64,000 bases of DNA from a virus (taxonomy: Duplodnaviria > Caudoviricetes). Shown in pieces: positions 44,580-54,098 of this stretch (within the stretch, counting starts at the first letter, position 1; every line of letters begins with the position of its first letter). Below the pieces are notes generated by a model, which saw only the letters and a list, made by a program, of their open reading frames with translations, was not told the origin of the DNA and made no database searches. The DNA is taken from IMG/VR virus record IMGVR_UViG_3300012942_000041, positions 1 through 64,000 of that record. One strand, given 5' to 3'. Made by a program: the position numbers and the translations under genes.

Positions 44580-45239
44580 ATGGAACCCGACCACGGCGGC
44601 ATCCAGTGCAAGACCCACACGCACTACGAGATGACCTGCGACGAGTTCGAGGCACTCCGCGCACGCGCCGGAGGCCGCTGCGAGGTCTGCCGGCGCCTCC
44701 CCGAAGAGACTGGAGCGAAGAAGCTCTTCATCGACCACGACGGCCAGTACGGCACCGCTGCGGTCCGCGGACTCCTCTGCGGACGCTGCAACAACCGGCT
44801 CGGCATGCTGGAGAACCCCGACTACCGCCGCAGCTTCGTGCGGGACCCGCGGGCCCGAGGCCTCCACGAGTACCTCCGCAACGCCTGGTTCATGCAGATC
44901 ACCCGCTGGGCCCGCAACCGGCCCGGCATCCTCGACATCGCCGACGCCCAGCCACGCGGCCCGATCCAGGGCGCCCAGGCCAACACCATCGTCCGGGCGA
45001 TCAACACCCGGCTCGGCACCGCACCCGACCTCACCATGCGGACCGTCATCACCGAAGGCCGCATCGACCACGAAGTCCAGGCCCGATACCACGTCAACAC
45101 CGGGCACCTGGTCCTGCACTTCACCGCGACCGGCCCCTGCAAGGTGGCGTACCGCCGCGCAGGAGTCATCACCGGACCCGACCAGGCCGAGGAACCGTTC
45201 GCCGACTGGCGCGACGCCCTCGCCCGACTCGGGGCCTGA
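44580..45239 (+). CDS. EndoVII-domain protein, paralogue 1
   Basis: RAGGRCEVC..LFIDHD..VRGLLCGRCN. Confidence 0.85.
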   Translation: MEPDHGGIQCKTHTHYEMTCDEFEALRARAGGRCEVCRRLPEETGAKKLFIDHDGQYGTAAVRGLLCGRCNNRLGMLENPDYRRSFVRDPRARGLHEYLRNAWFMQITRWARNRPGILDIADAQPRGPIQGAQANTIVRAINTRLGTAPDLTMRTVITEGRIDHEVQARYHVNTGHLVLHFTATGPCKVAYRRAGVITGPDQAEEPFADWRDALARLGA

Positions 45240-45328
45240 CACGCCGCCGGCCGGGTGGTTGCACCCACCCGGCCGGGCTGGCGGCCCGAAGGACCACCAC
45301 GGAGAAGCACCCTGCTGAAGGAGTTCTC

Positions 45329-45829
45329 GTGTTCAACCGTATCTCGCTGCGCCGCCGCGTCACCAGGCCCGTCGACCAGCACCCGCTCCCGCCCGACCGG
45401 GTGGAGCTCGACCCGATCCTGAGCATCCCGGCCACGCCGGGCATGGTCCTGGACGGCCGCATCGACATCCACGCCCTCGCGCTGGCGCAGGCCGCCCGCT
45501 CCTACGCCACCACCCCAGGCCAGGCTGGCCTGCCGCAGGTGGCGCTGACGGAGGCTCGGGGCCGCATCTGGGACGCCCTCGACTCGTTCCTCGTGGCGAT
45601 CGCGGCGGAGGTCGACGGCGACGACACCGAGCCCTACACCGAGCGCATGCGGACCCTGCTCCTCAACCGGGCGGCCCGCCTGTTCCCCGACGTGCTCACC
45701 CACACCGCCCGCGCGGCGGTGCTGCGCGGCGAGGACCCGCAGCTCGCTGTCGAGACCACGGCGGCACTGCTGCGCCGCCTGCTGAGCCTGGACGCCGCCC
45801 AGGTGATCGCCGAGGAGACCGCGCTGTGA
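45329..45829 (+). CDS. Hypothetical protein
   Basis: AAGGAG RBS and GTG start. Confidence 0.65.
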   Translation: MFNRISLRRRVTRPVDQHPLPPDRVELDPILSIPATPGMVLDGRIDIHALALAQAARSYATTPGQAGLPQVALTEARGRIWDALDSFLVAIAAEVDGDDTEPYTERMRTLLLNRAARLFPDVLTHTARAAVLRGEDPQLAVETTAALLRRLLSLDAAQVIAEETAL

Positions 45830-46029
45830 CCGCCGCGATGGTGAGGGGACTCGTGGACGCCTACCACGTGGTGCGGGAGACCGGGCTGCCGGCGGAGGAC
45901 ATTGCGCTGCTGCTGGAGGCGGTGACCGGGCCGTACTGGCGGGAGAAGACCACGGCGTGGCTGGCGGTGGAGACGCGGCCGATCGTGCGGGCCGCACTGC
46001 TGCGGGTGCTGGGGGAGGAGGGGTCGTGA
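45826..46029 (+). CDS. Hypothetical protein
   Basis: GTGA coupling. Confidence 0.55.
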   Translation: MTAAMVRGLVDAYHVVRETGLPAEDIALLLEAVTGPYWREKTTAWLAVETRPIVRAALLRVLGEEGS

Positions 46030-46184
46030 TCCGGGTGCCGATGACTGAGCGCGAGACCGCCACGGTCCTCGCCGCGTTGCGCGGCCAGCAGCCCGCGACG
46101 GAGGCGGAGGCGGCCGAGTACGAGCGGGTCGCGAACCTCGTCGAGTTCCACCGCAGCCTGCAGCGCCCGGAGGTGCCCCGGTGA
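46026..46184 (+). CDS. Hypothetical protein
   Basis: GTGA coupling; GGAGG RBS. Confidence 0.55.
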   Translation: MIRVPMTERETATVLAALRGQQPATEAEAAEYERVANLVEFHRSLQRPEVPR

Positions 46185-46318
46185 CCGCCAACGACAAGCC
46201 GGAAGAGCCGGAGCGTCCGGCTGGCCCGGCGTGGATGCCGCCGACGGAGGCGGAGAAGGCCGCGGCTGAGGCCCGGCGCCGGGAGATCGCCCGGCGGAAC
46301 ACCATCTACGGCTACTGA
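46181..46318 (+). CDS. 45-aa hypothetical protein
   Basis: GTGA coupling; MTANDKPEEP..RRNTIYGY. Confidence 0.5.
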   Translation: MTANDKPEEPERPAGPAWMPPTEAEKAAAEARRREIARRNTIYGY

Positions 46319-46328
46319 GGGGGACGCT

Positions 46329-46550
46329 GTGAACAACCGCACCGAGCTGTACGCGACCAGGACCACCGACGGCGGCAAGGGGGAGCGGGTGCAGCTCCGC
46401 GAGGCGATGCTCGCGATCGGCTCCGCGCTCCTGCACGGCGACCTCGTGGAGCCCCGCGAAGAGCAGCGCCCGGGCGGGCCGGTGACCGTGACGGTCACCG
46501 TGAAGACCTCGGGCGGCGCGACCGCCTACCAGTACGTCCGCGGCTACTAG
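46329..46550 (+). CDS. Hypothetical protein
   Basis: ORF with RBS, followed by a hairpin. Confidence 0.6.
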   Translation: MNNRTELYATRTTDGGKGERVQLREAMLAIGSALLHGDLVEPREEQRPGGPVTVTVTVKTSGGATAYQYVRGY

Positions 46551-46665
46551 GCCGCCACAAGGCTCCGGGGCCGCACCCCGACTCAGCAAGGGTGCGACCC
46601 CGGTTCGGCGGAGCCCAATCCGCCACCCAACTCACTCGCCCAACGACCATCGGGGAGCAGAACCC

Positions 46666-46881
46666 ATGATGCAGCACACCACCGTCATCGGCACGCGAGT
46701 CACCGTCACCAACCTCGACCACGCCGCCGCCACCCGCGCCACGGTGCGGCGCCGCCGCGGCTCCAACTGGGCCACCGTCACCGCCACCTCCGGGCAGCGG
46801 ATCGGCGAGACCAACCGGCCGTTCGACACCGAGCTGGTGGCCGCGATGCACGCCCTGGCGTACCCGACCGACACCCACTGA
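46666..46881 (+). CDS. Hypothetical protein
   Basis: GGGGAG RBS. Confidence 0.6.
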   Translation: MMQHTTVIGTRVTVTNLDHAAATRATVRRRRGSNWATVTATSGQRIGETNRPFDTELVAAMHALAYPTDTH

Positions 46882-46940
46882 CCCAACCGCCGGCCCGGGC
46901 CCGCGCACCAGCGGCCCGGGCCGGCTCTTCGGAGGACACC

Positions 46941-47312
46941 GTGAACACCCTCTGGCGCCCCCGGGGCCCCGTCGACGACCGCAACGACATCGGCGGCGAC
47001 TACCAGGCCGGGAAGGCGTACAGCCGCCGCTACACCAGCCCCCAGCAACCCGAAGCACTGGTGGAGGTGTACTTCTACCCCGAGCAGATCAACCCCGCCC
47101 GGTGGGGTGTCCGCCGCGCCATCACCTACACCCTCTGCGCCGACACCCGGCGCCCGGGCGACACCGAGTGGTGGTCGGACACCTGCTACGACCTCGACCG
47201 CGAACCCCACCGGGCACTGGCCACCACCCTCGCCGACGCCGAACACGCCGCGAAGACGGAGATGGAGCGGTTCGACCCGGCGACGCTCAACTGGAACGGG
47301 GAGCGGTTCTAG
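46941..47312 (+). CDS. Hypothetical protein
   Basis: GGAGG RBS; aromatic-rich ORF. Confidence 0.65.
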   Translation: MNTLWRPRGPVDDRNDIGGDYQAGKAYSRRYTSPQQPEALVEVYFYPEQINPARWGVRRAITYTLCADTRRPGDTEWWSDTCYDLDREPHRALATTLADAEHAAKTEMERFDPATLNWNGERF

Positions 47313-47545
47313 CCGCCGGCTGAGGGGCGTCGCCCGTTCGTTGGCCGTTGGCGCATCGCCTCGACCGCTTGCTCGTAGAACTTGGGGGTCACGAGGTAGG
47401 CGCGCCTACGGCCTCGCACGGTCAGCGCGCTAACGAGCCCGTCTTCGCGGACCTGCTCGATCAGGCGGGTCAACAGCGCGCGGGCGATGGTCAGGGGGAC
47501 TTCCTGGACGCCGTCGTCGGCGATGTGCGGTTCCTGATCGGGCAT
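47309..47545 (-). CDS. Phd/YefM-like antitoxin-fold protein
   Basis: VPLTIARALLTRLIEQV..LTVRGRRRAYLVTPKFYE. Confidence 0.7.
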   Translation of the reverse strand: MPDQEPHIADDGVQEVPLTIARALLTRLIEQVREDGLVSALTVRGRRRAYLVTPKFYEQAVEAMRQRPTNGRRPSAGG

Positions 47546-47616
47546 GGCCAGAGTGTAAGACATGCTTTAAGTTACCACAGTTTCCATTCTTTAAAGAAAC
47601 GTGCGACAATGACCAG

Positions 47617-48291
47617 GTGAACCAACCACACGACGGCCAGCCGTGCACCGTCCACCGGCTGTACCGAATGGGCTGCGCGGAGTACGACGCGCTGAGGGCC
47701 CGAGCAGCCGGCCACTGCGAAGCGTGCGGAGTGCCGAGCGAGGAGACCCCTCAGGGGGTGCTCTTCATCGACCACGACCACCGCTACGGCTTCTCGGCAG
47801 TACGCGGGCTCCTCTGCTCGCGCTGCAACTCGAAACTCGGAGGGATGGAGAGGGCGCACAACAGCATCCTGAAGATCGACCGCGATCCCGTCTTCGGCCC
47901 CTACGTGCGGAACTCCTGGCACCTGCAGGTGGTCCACTGGGGGCGCATGCAGGACAACTTCCTGGGCAACCCGCCCCCCGAACTCTGGGAGTTCAACGAG
48001 CTGGTCCTGCGTTTCTCCACGGTGCGGCATACCACCAGGCTGCTCGGCATGGCGCCCACCGTGACCACTCGCGGACTCGTCCACCCCGGCTACTTCGGCG
48101 CCCAGATCACTGCCACCTACGAGATCGGCAGCCACCGAGGCTGCTCGATCCACTTGCGCCGCACAACCGGGCGCGTCCTGAAGAAGGTCGGATTCCATGT
48201 CTTCGAGAACGGAAGCGGCGCACGCTTCACGGCGTACAGCGGCCTCGCGGACGCACGCAAGCACTTGATCAAACTGATGGAATCCGCATAA
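47617..48291 (+). CDS. EndoVII-domain protein, paralogue 2
   Basis: RAAGHCEAC..LFIDHDH..VRGLLCSRCN. Confidence 0.85.
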   Translation: MNQPHDGQPCTVHRLYRMGCAEYDALRARAAGHCEACGVPSEETPQGVLFIDHDHRYGFSAVRGLLCSRCNSKLGGMERAHNSILKIDRDPVFGPYVRNSWHLQVVHWGRMQDNFLGNPPPELWEFNELVLRFSTVRHTTRLLGMAPTVTTRGLVHPGYFGAQITATYEIGSHRGCSIHLRRTTGRVLKKVGFHVFENGSGARFTAYSGLADARKHLIKLMESA

Positions 48292-48465
48292 GCGCCGGCC
48301 GGGTGGAGCAGCGAACTCCACCCGGCCGCAGCAGCCCGGCGAGCAGCGAACACGCCGAACCACAGAGCCCCAAACGGTCAAGAAAGGCGCTCTCCCCTTG
48401 AGCGTACCCAACCAGCCCACCGCTGGCCCCACCGGCACGACGCGCCCCACCGGGGAGGTGTCGCG

Positions 48466-49392
48466 ATGAACTACGGCCGGATCCGCCGTGGCCCGATGGC
48501 TGCGGACGCCTTCACACAGATCAGGAACTCGCTGTTCCGTGACTCGCGGCTGTCGTTCCGCGACAAGGGCATCTTCGGGCTGATCAGCACCCACGCCGAT
48601 GGCTTCGGCGTCAGCGCCGAGGCCATCGCGGCGTGCTCCCCGACGGACGGCGTGACGGGCGTGAAGACGAGCCTGCGGAACCTGGAGAAGCACGGCTACC
48701 TCCGCCGGACCCGCGAACGCAACACGGACGGCACGCTCGGCGCCTCGGTGTACTTCATCACCGACGACCCGACGCTGTTCCCCGGCACCGAAGAGCCCCC
48801 GGCGGTGGAAAACTGCAGGTCGGAACCTGCGGGGGCTCAGCCACCGGTGGCTGAGCCTACGGTGGGCCAGCCTACGGTGGCTGAACCAGCGGTGGCTGAA
48901 CCAGCGGTGGGCCAGAGCACGCATAAGAAGAACAACTCCAAGAAGACCATCTTGGAGAAGAACATCTCTCTCTCCCCCGCCCCGTCAGAACCCGCCCCAG
49001 CAGCCGGGGTTGACGGCGAGAGAGAGATCCACGACGGCGACGACACCGCGAAGGTCGCAGAAGCCTGGGCGACCGCCCGTGGCGGCGCCCGCATCCCCTC
49101 GGCAGAGCGCGAAGTCCGGCGGTCCGCCGCTGAACTCCTCGCCGGGGGCTGGCTCCTGCCGGACGTGATCGCTCTCGCCGAGGACATGGCCCGCCGCAAG
49201 CCGCAGTACACCGCCCTCGGCACGCACGCCCGCCACTGGCAGCCTCCCGCCCCGGCCACGGGCAGGAGGATGATCGTCGCGGACACCCACCGCACCCGCC
49301 CCGAATGCCCCGGCTGCGACCGCCCCCTGCGGCACGGCGCGCCCGAAGGACTCTGCGTCGACTGCCGCGCCGAACACCGCGAATCCGCCTGA
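48466..49392 (+). CDS. Replication initiator (N-terminal wHTH, lambda-O-like organisation)
   Basis: FTQIRNSLFRDSRLSFRDKGI..LRNLEKHGYLRR; internal repeats. Confidence 0.8.
   Translation: MNYGRIRRGPMAADAFTQIRNSLFRDSRLSFRDKGIFGLISTHADGFGVSAEAIAACSPTDGVTGVKTSLRNLEKHGYLRRTRERNTDGTLGASVYFITDDPTLFPGTEEPPAVENCRSEPAGAQPPVAEPTVGQPTVAEPAVAEPAVGQSTHKKNNSKKTILEKNISLSPAPSEPAPAAGVDGEREIHDGDDTAKVAEAWATARGGARIPSAEREVRRSAAELLAGGWLLPDVIALAEDMARRKPQYTALGTHARHWQPPAPATGRRMIVADTHRTRPECPGCDRPLRHGAPEGLCVDCRAEHRESA
48823..48912 (+). repeat. Six 15-bp tandem iteron-like repeats inside the initiator gene; putative phage origin
   Basis: gaacctgcgggggct / cagccaccggtggct / gagcctacggtgggc / cagcctacggtggct / gaaccagcggtggct / gaaccagcggtgggc, followed by an A-rich tract. 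Confidence 0.75.
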
Positions 49393-49400
49393 GGAGAACC

Positions 49401-50297
49401 GTGAACCCCAACACCCCCGCCGACGACCTCGCCGCGATGCAGCACCTCATCGCCGACTTCACCGCCGCCGAGCGTCAGGTCGAGCAGGCCAACCGGCGCC
49501 TGAACGACGCACACGCCGCGATCCTCCACAAGATCGCGGAACTGCGCGCCAAGCTCGACTCGCCCTACGCCCCCGAAGTCGTCGCCGTGGCCCGCCACCT
49601 GTACTGGCAGCAGCCCGGATTCCGCACCAAGCCGCTCGCCAAGGCCGCCGGGTTCAGCCACCACCAGGAGATGCTCCGCGCGCTGGGAGGCTGCCCCTCC
49701 GGCCTCACCTGCGCCGGCTGCGGCCGGGACATCCCGCGCACCAGCCGCTCGTGGACGCCGCCCTACAACCGGCTGTGCCCGGACTGCGACAAGGACCGCA
49801 GCCGGAAGGAGCAGCGCCGGTACCAGGTGGAGGCCCTGCGCGCCCGGATCATCGGCGACACGAAGGTGCCCGCTGCGGCACGTGACTGGCTGGCCGTGAC
49901 CGCGCTCGTGGTCGCGTACCCGCCGCTGTCCATGGGGATCCCGCAGGACCACGAGGACGCCCGGCAGCTCGGCACATGGGTGGGCTGGGAGAACGCCCGG
50001 AACCTCCAGCAGGAGCTGCTGCGGGCCGGCGCCGCAGGGGACACCGAGCTGGGCGTCGCCCTGGCTCCCGCCGACGCGCTGCTGAAGACCGCGCTGCACG
50101 TGGTGGGTTGGGACACGGCCCGGACGGTGGAGGTCGTGTGCGCGTACACCGAGGCGCCTGCGCACATGCTGATCACCCGGCTTCGGGCGGCGGCGAAGGA
50201 GGTTCGGGAGCGGGCGACCGCGCGGGCCTACGAGCTCTACCCGGAAGGCTACGAGCCGACCCCGGAGGAGCAGCGGGTCCTGTGGGCGCGGGAGTAG
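49401..50297 (+). CDS. Hypothetical zinc-binding protein
   Basis: AGGAG RBS; CAGC..CPDC. Confidence 0.65.
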   Translation: MNPNTPADDLAAMQHLIADFTAAERQVEQANRRLNDAHAAILHKIAELRAKLDSPYAPEVVAVARHLYWQQPGFRTKPLAKAAGFSHHQEMLRALGGCPSGLTCAGCGRDIPRTSRSWTPPYNRLCPDCDKDRSRKEQRRYQVEALRARIIGDTKVPAAARDWLAVTALVVAYPPLSMGIPQDHEDARQLGTWVGWENARNLQQELLRAGAAGDTELGVALAPADALLKTALHVVGWDTARTVEVVCAYTEAPAHMLITRLRAAAKEVRERATARAYELYPEGYEPTPEEQRVLWARE

Positions 50298-50316
50298 CGC
50301 TTGCCGGCCGGGGCGG

Positions 50317-50547
50317 CTACCAGATGACGGTGTCGCTGATCTCGTCCTGGCCGATGTCCCAGGAGATCGACCGGATCATGTGCGGCGGGTACGCGCGCTC
50401 CTCGTTACCGAGCTGCTGCCCGTCTTGCAACCGGACCCAGCCGTCCGCGATCCACACCGCCTCGAACTTCGAGTCGTCCTTCGGCCCGGCTGCGGTTTTG
50501 ATCGGCTCCGTGAACACCACCCGCGCCTTACCGCCCTGCACCGGCAT
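50317..50547 (-). CDS. Small inverted hypothetical protein
   Basis: GGAGG RBS; MPVQGGKARVVF.. Confidence 0.55.
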   Translation of the reverse strand: MPVQGGKARVVFTEPIKTAAGPKDDSKFEAVWIADGWVRLQDGQQLGNEERAYPPHMIRSISWDIGQDEISDTVIW

Positions 50548-50622
50548 CCCAACCACCTCCGTCCAGCCCCTCACTCCAGCGTGCGCGTCTCGCTGGCGCC
50601 CCGCACCCGGAAGGAACCCAAC

Positions 50623-51012
50623 ATGATCCGCGAGAACAAGTTCGTGCTGTCCCGCAAGCCCTACGCCGTCGACTTGAGCTCGTTGAAGGCCGGTGAGGAC
50701 ATGGCCACTGTGGTCGCGGTGTGGTTCCGGCGTCGCCGCCCGCGGTCTGCGCCCTCGGTGGGGCCGGTGACGGTGGCGTGCATCGGGCAGTTGTGGGACA
50801 TCCAGCGCCCCCGTCCGGCGACCGCCGCTGAGTTCCTCGACCGGCTCACGGACGGGCGGTACGGGGGTACGTGCTGGGCGCGGTGGGACGGTTCTTCGCT
50901 GTGGACCACCGCGACGCTGGAGGTGGCGGAGCGGGCGCTTGGGGTGCTGCGGCCGATGCTCGCCAACTACCCAGAGATCCCGCCCGGCTACGACGGGTGG
51001 TGGCGATTCTGA
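50623..51012 (+). CDS. Hypothetical protein
   Basis: AAGGA RBS; Trp-rich ORF. Confidence 0.65.
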   Translation: MIRENKFVLSRKPYAVDLSSLKAGEDMATVVAVWFRRRRPRSAPSVGPVTVACIGQLWDIQRPRPATAAEFLDRLTDGRYGGTCWARWDGSSLWTTATLEVAERALGVLRPMLANYPEIPPGYDGWWRF

Positions 51013-51115
51013 CACGGGCAGTGACCTGCACAGATCCGCTGTGACCGGTCATCAAATCCCGTCACGATCAAGCTACTTGAACCCCCATAATGAACGCATA
51101 CCGGGAGGAAATCTC

Positions 51116-52117
51116 ATGACCCCCACTCCTGTCCCCAGCCCGACACTGCCCCTCGATGTCGCCGGCACCCCGAACGACCGCCCTGCACTGCGTGTGCTGT
51201 CGCTGGGTGCTGGGGTGCAGTCCACGACGCTGCTCCTGCTGTCCGCCGAGGGGCGCCTGCCCCGCCTGGACGCGGCAGTGTTCGCCGACACCGGATGGGA
51301 GCCGCGCGCGGTGTACGAGCACCTGAACCGGCTGGAGCGCGAGGTCGCCGAGCCGGCGGGCATACCGATCCACCGGGTCAGTGTCGGCAACATCCGCGAC
51401 GACGCCCTCAACCCGGAGCACCGGTTCGCGTCCATGCCGCTGTTCATCCGCAACCAGGACGGCGGCGACGGCATCACCCGGCGCCAGTGCACCTCTGAGT
51501 ACAAGCTCAAGCCGATCAAGGCGCAGGTGCGGCGGATGCTCGGCTACCCGCACCCCACGCAGGTGCCGCGCGGAATGTTCGCTGAGCAGTGGGTTGGGAT
51601 CTCCCGGGACGAGATCGGCCGGGCGAAGGACTCCGGCATCCAGTACCTGCGCTCCGCGTTTCCGCTGCTCGACCTGGACGGCGCGGCGGACGGCCGGCTT
51701 GGCTGGACCCGCGAGGACTGCCTGCGGTACCTGCGCGCCAACGGCTGGGAGTCCACCCCGAAGTCCGCGTGCATCGGCTGCCCGTTCCACGGCAACGCCC
51801 AGTGGCGGCGGATGCGCGACGAACGCCCGGAGGAGTGGGCGGACGCCGTCGCGTTCGACGCCGAGATCCGGGCCGGGAACGCCCGCGGCAACGCCAACGG
51901 CAAGCCGCTGCTCGGCGAGGCGTACCTGCACGCGTCGCGGATGCCGCTCGACCAGGCGCCGATCGACCGCGTCTCGTGGCACGAGTGGCGGTCCCGGCAG
52001 ACCGACATTTTCGACCAGATCGCCGACGCCGAAGCCGGCGACCCGGACGGCTGCTCCCCGTGGTCATGCCGCTCCGGCTCGCCCGTCGTGGGCGAGGAAG
52101 CCACCGCCGATGTCTGA
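51116..52117 (+). CDS. Phage PAPS-reductase-like (PP-loop) protein
   Basis: VLSLGAGVQST, FADTGWE, RQCTSEYK and KSACIGCPFH motifs. Confidence 0.85.
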   Translation: MTPTPVPSPTLPLDVAGTPNDRPALRVLSLGAGVQSTTLLLLSAEGRLPRLDAAVFADTGWEPRAVYEHLNRLEREVAEPAGIPIHRVSVGNIRDDALNPEHRFASMPLFIRNQDGGDGITRRQCTSEYKLKPIKAQVRRMLGYPHPTQVPRGMFAEQWVGISRDEIGRAKDSGIQYLRSAFPLLDLDGAADGRLGWTREDCLRYLRANGWESTPKSACIGCPFHGNAQWRRMRDERPEEWADAVAFDAEIRAGNARGNANGKPLLGEAYLHASRMPLDQAPIDRVSWHEWRSRQTDIFDQIADAEAGDPDGCSPWSCRSGSPVVGEEATADV

Positions 52118-52442
52118 CAAGGAGGCGGCCCGCATGGGCGCGAAGGACCGCAGTACCCCGCCGTCGCAGTGGTGCGACTGGTGGGAGACCCCGGTGACGA
52201 TGCTCACCGACACCATCGGCTACGGCTGGCCGGGCGAGCCCTACACCGACCCGAGCGAGCCGCAGCCGTGGTTCTGGCACTGGTGCCGCGCCGCGGCGAA
52301 CGGCGACGGCCGGTGGATGGCGCAGGCCACCAGCGCGCACACCTTCGTGTCCCGGGAGCCCCTGCACCTGGAACCGAGCCTGCTGTGGCCCTGCTGCGGC
52401 ACGCACGGGTGGGTCCACGACGGGGCGTGGGTGCCGGCATGA
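52110..52442 (+). CDS. Cys/His/Trp-rich small protein
   Basis: LHLEPSLLWPCCGTHGWVHDGAW. Confidence 0.6.
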   Translation: MSDKEAARMGAKDRSTPPSQWCDWWETPVTMLTDTIGYGWPGEPYTDPSEPQPWFWHWCRAAANGDGRWMAQATSAHTFVSREPLHLEPSLLWPCCGTHGWVHDGAWVPA

Positions 52443-52816
52443 CCGTGGACGGGCTGGCCCACTTCCGCGAGGCCTTCCGGCGGATGCCCTACGCCTGCGC
52501 GGAGGAGCATCTGGCCGTGTGCGCCTCGACCGTGCTGGCCAAGGTGCGGACGATCACCTTCGGCAGGTCCGTCGCCGTGGTGCGCTGCGATCACGGCCGT
52601 GTCGTCGGCTACGAATGGCTGTCCGACCCGGCCGCGATGTGCAAGCGGTGCCGCGGCTCCTGGCACGTCTGCGAGGAGCACCCGGACCGGCCGTGGGGCG
52701 GGCTGTGCTGCGACGCCGCGGTGAACGGCGAACCGGCGGCCGACGGCCGGTGCGAGCACGGCGCCTGCGCGTGCGGCGCGGCAGGGGAGCCGTGTGCGGC
52801 CTGCGGCCCGGCATGA
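52439..52816 (+). CDS. Cys-rich hypothetical protein
   Basis: CKRC..VCEEHPDRPW..CACGAAGEPCAAC. Confidence 0.6.
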   Translation: MTVDGLAHFREAFRRMPYACAEEHLAVCASTVLAKVRTITFGRSVAVVRCDHGRVVGYEWLSDPAAMCKRCRGSWHVCEEHPDRPWGGLCCDAAVNGEPAADGRCEHGACACGAAGEPCAACGPA

Positions 52817-52858
52817 CCCGACCCAACCCGAGCAACTGACCAACCGACAGGAGGATCC

Positions 52859-53677
52859 ATGGCCACCCCGACCACCACCGACGCCCTGCTCGACGCCCTC
52901 ACCGCGCATTTCATCAAGCCCGACCAGACCTGGGCCGGAGCCGTATGCCTCACCGAAGTCACCGCCCCCGGCAACAGCAACCGCCGCGCTGACCTGGTCC
53001 ACGTCGGGCTCTGGGCCAGCCGCGGCGCCGGCGGCATCGACGTGTGCGAGCTGAAGACCAGCCGCTCCGACTTCCGCCGCGAGATCGACCAGCCCGCGAA
53101 GGCCGAGGCGTGGTGGCCGTACAGCAGCCGCTTCTGGATCGTGTCCCCGAGCGTGGAGGTGACGCCCCCGGGCGAGCTGCCGCCCGGGTGGGGCCTGATG
53201 GTTCCCGGCCGCGCCCGGCGCTTCAAGACGGTCGTCGCGCCCGCCGAGCGTGAACCGAAGATCACCACCGGGCTGTTGGTGACGCTGCTGAAGGCCACCG
53301 AGACCACTCGCGTCAACGCGGTGGAGCGTGAACGCGACAGGCTGCGCGCCGCGCACCGCCAGGAGATGCAGGAGGTCCGCCGCGAGGCGCAGATGCGGGC
53401 GCTTCCCTCCGCTGAGCGGCAGCGCCTGGAACTCCTCGACCAGCTCGAAGCCGCCCTCGGGATGACGCTGGACCGCTACCCGTGGGGCAACCAGATCCGG
53501 CCCGAGGACGCGGCCGAGGCGCTGCGGACCCTGGCCGCTGGTCAGGCCGCATGGTCGGCTGCGCAGGAGGAGACGCGCCGCAAGGCGACCAACATCGCGC
53601 GGATGGCGGAGGAGCTGCAGCAGCGGGCAGCCGCGCTGCTACAGGCCGCGCCGGAGCGGCTGGAGGCGGCGTCATGA
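52859..53677 (+). CDS. MmcB-like PD-(D/E)XK nuclease
   Basis: EV..RRADL..ELKTSRSDFRRE..ELPPGWGLM. Confidence 0.75.
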   Translation: MATPTTTDALLDALTAHFIKPDQTWAGAVCLTEVTAPGNSNRRADLVHVGLWASRGAGGIDVCELKTSRSDFRREIDQPAKAEAWWPYSSRFWIVSPSVEVTPPGELPPGWGLMVPGRARRFKTVVAPAEREPKITTGLLVTLLKATETTRVNAVERERDRLRAAHRQEMQEVRREAQMRALPSAERQRLELLDQLEAALGMTLDRYPWGNQIRPEDAAEALRTLAAGQAAWSAAQEETRRKATNIARMAEELQQRAAALLQAAPERLEAAS

Positions 53678-54075
53678 GCGCGGCCCTGCACCTCGCTTAC
53701 GCCTACGAGCCGCCGCCCGGGCCTCGTCGGAAGCGGGACCGAGGCGGCCCCCGTGGACCACGCGGCCCGCGCGCCCCGTACCTGATCGTCCCGAGGAACG
53801 CGTGCGAGGCATGCGCCGCGCACTGGCACCACAAGTGCTGGGGCGTCGACCTGTTCCTGCCCGACGACCAGCGCCCGGACTGCCCGTGCCCGTGCGGCGA
53901 CCGCAACGACCCGACCGGGCTGCGCATGTCGCCGGCGGCGTGGGCGGACCTGGCCATGTTCTGCCCGGAGAAGGTGTGGCAGGCCGTCCTCATGCAGCAG
54001 ATCCGCGACGGCATCGCCGCCCGCTTCTGCGCCGGGCCTCGCCACCACAACGACGCCCCGTCCCCGACCAACTGA
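53674..54075 (+). CDS. Cys-rich hypothetical protein sharing its N-terminus with the 54604 gene
   Basis: MSAALHLAYAYEPPPGP.. Confidence 0.65.
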   Translation: MSAALHLAYAYEPPPGPRRKRDRGGPRGPRGPRAPYLIVPRNACEACAAHWHHKCWGVDLFLPDDQRPDCPCPCGDRNDPTGLRMSPAAWADLAMFCPEKVWQAVLMQQIRDGIAARFCAGPRHHNDAPSPTN

Positions 54076-54098
54076 CCAACCCCGCGAAGGAGATCGCC

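Noticed and set aside
51116-52117. Dnd phosphorothioation system or sulfate-assimilation cysH
   Set aside because: No dndB/D/E, ssp or cys genes nearby; the motifs fit the stand-alone phage family
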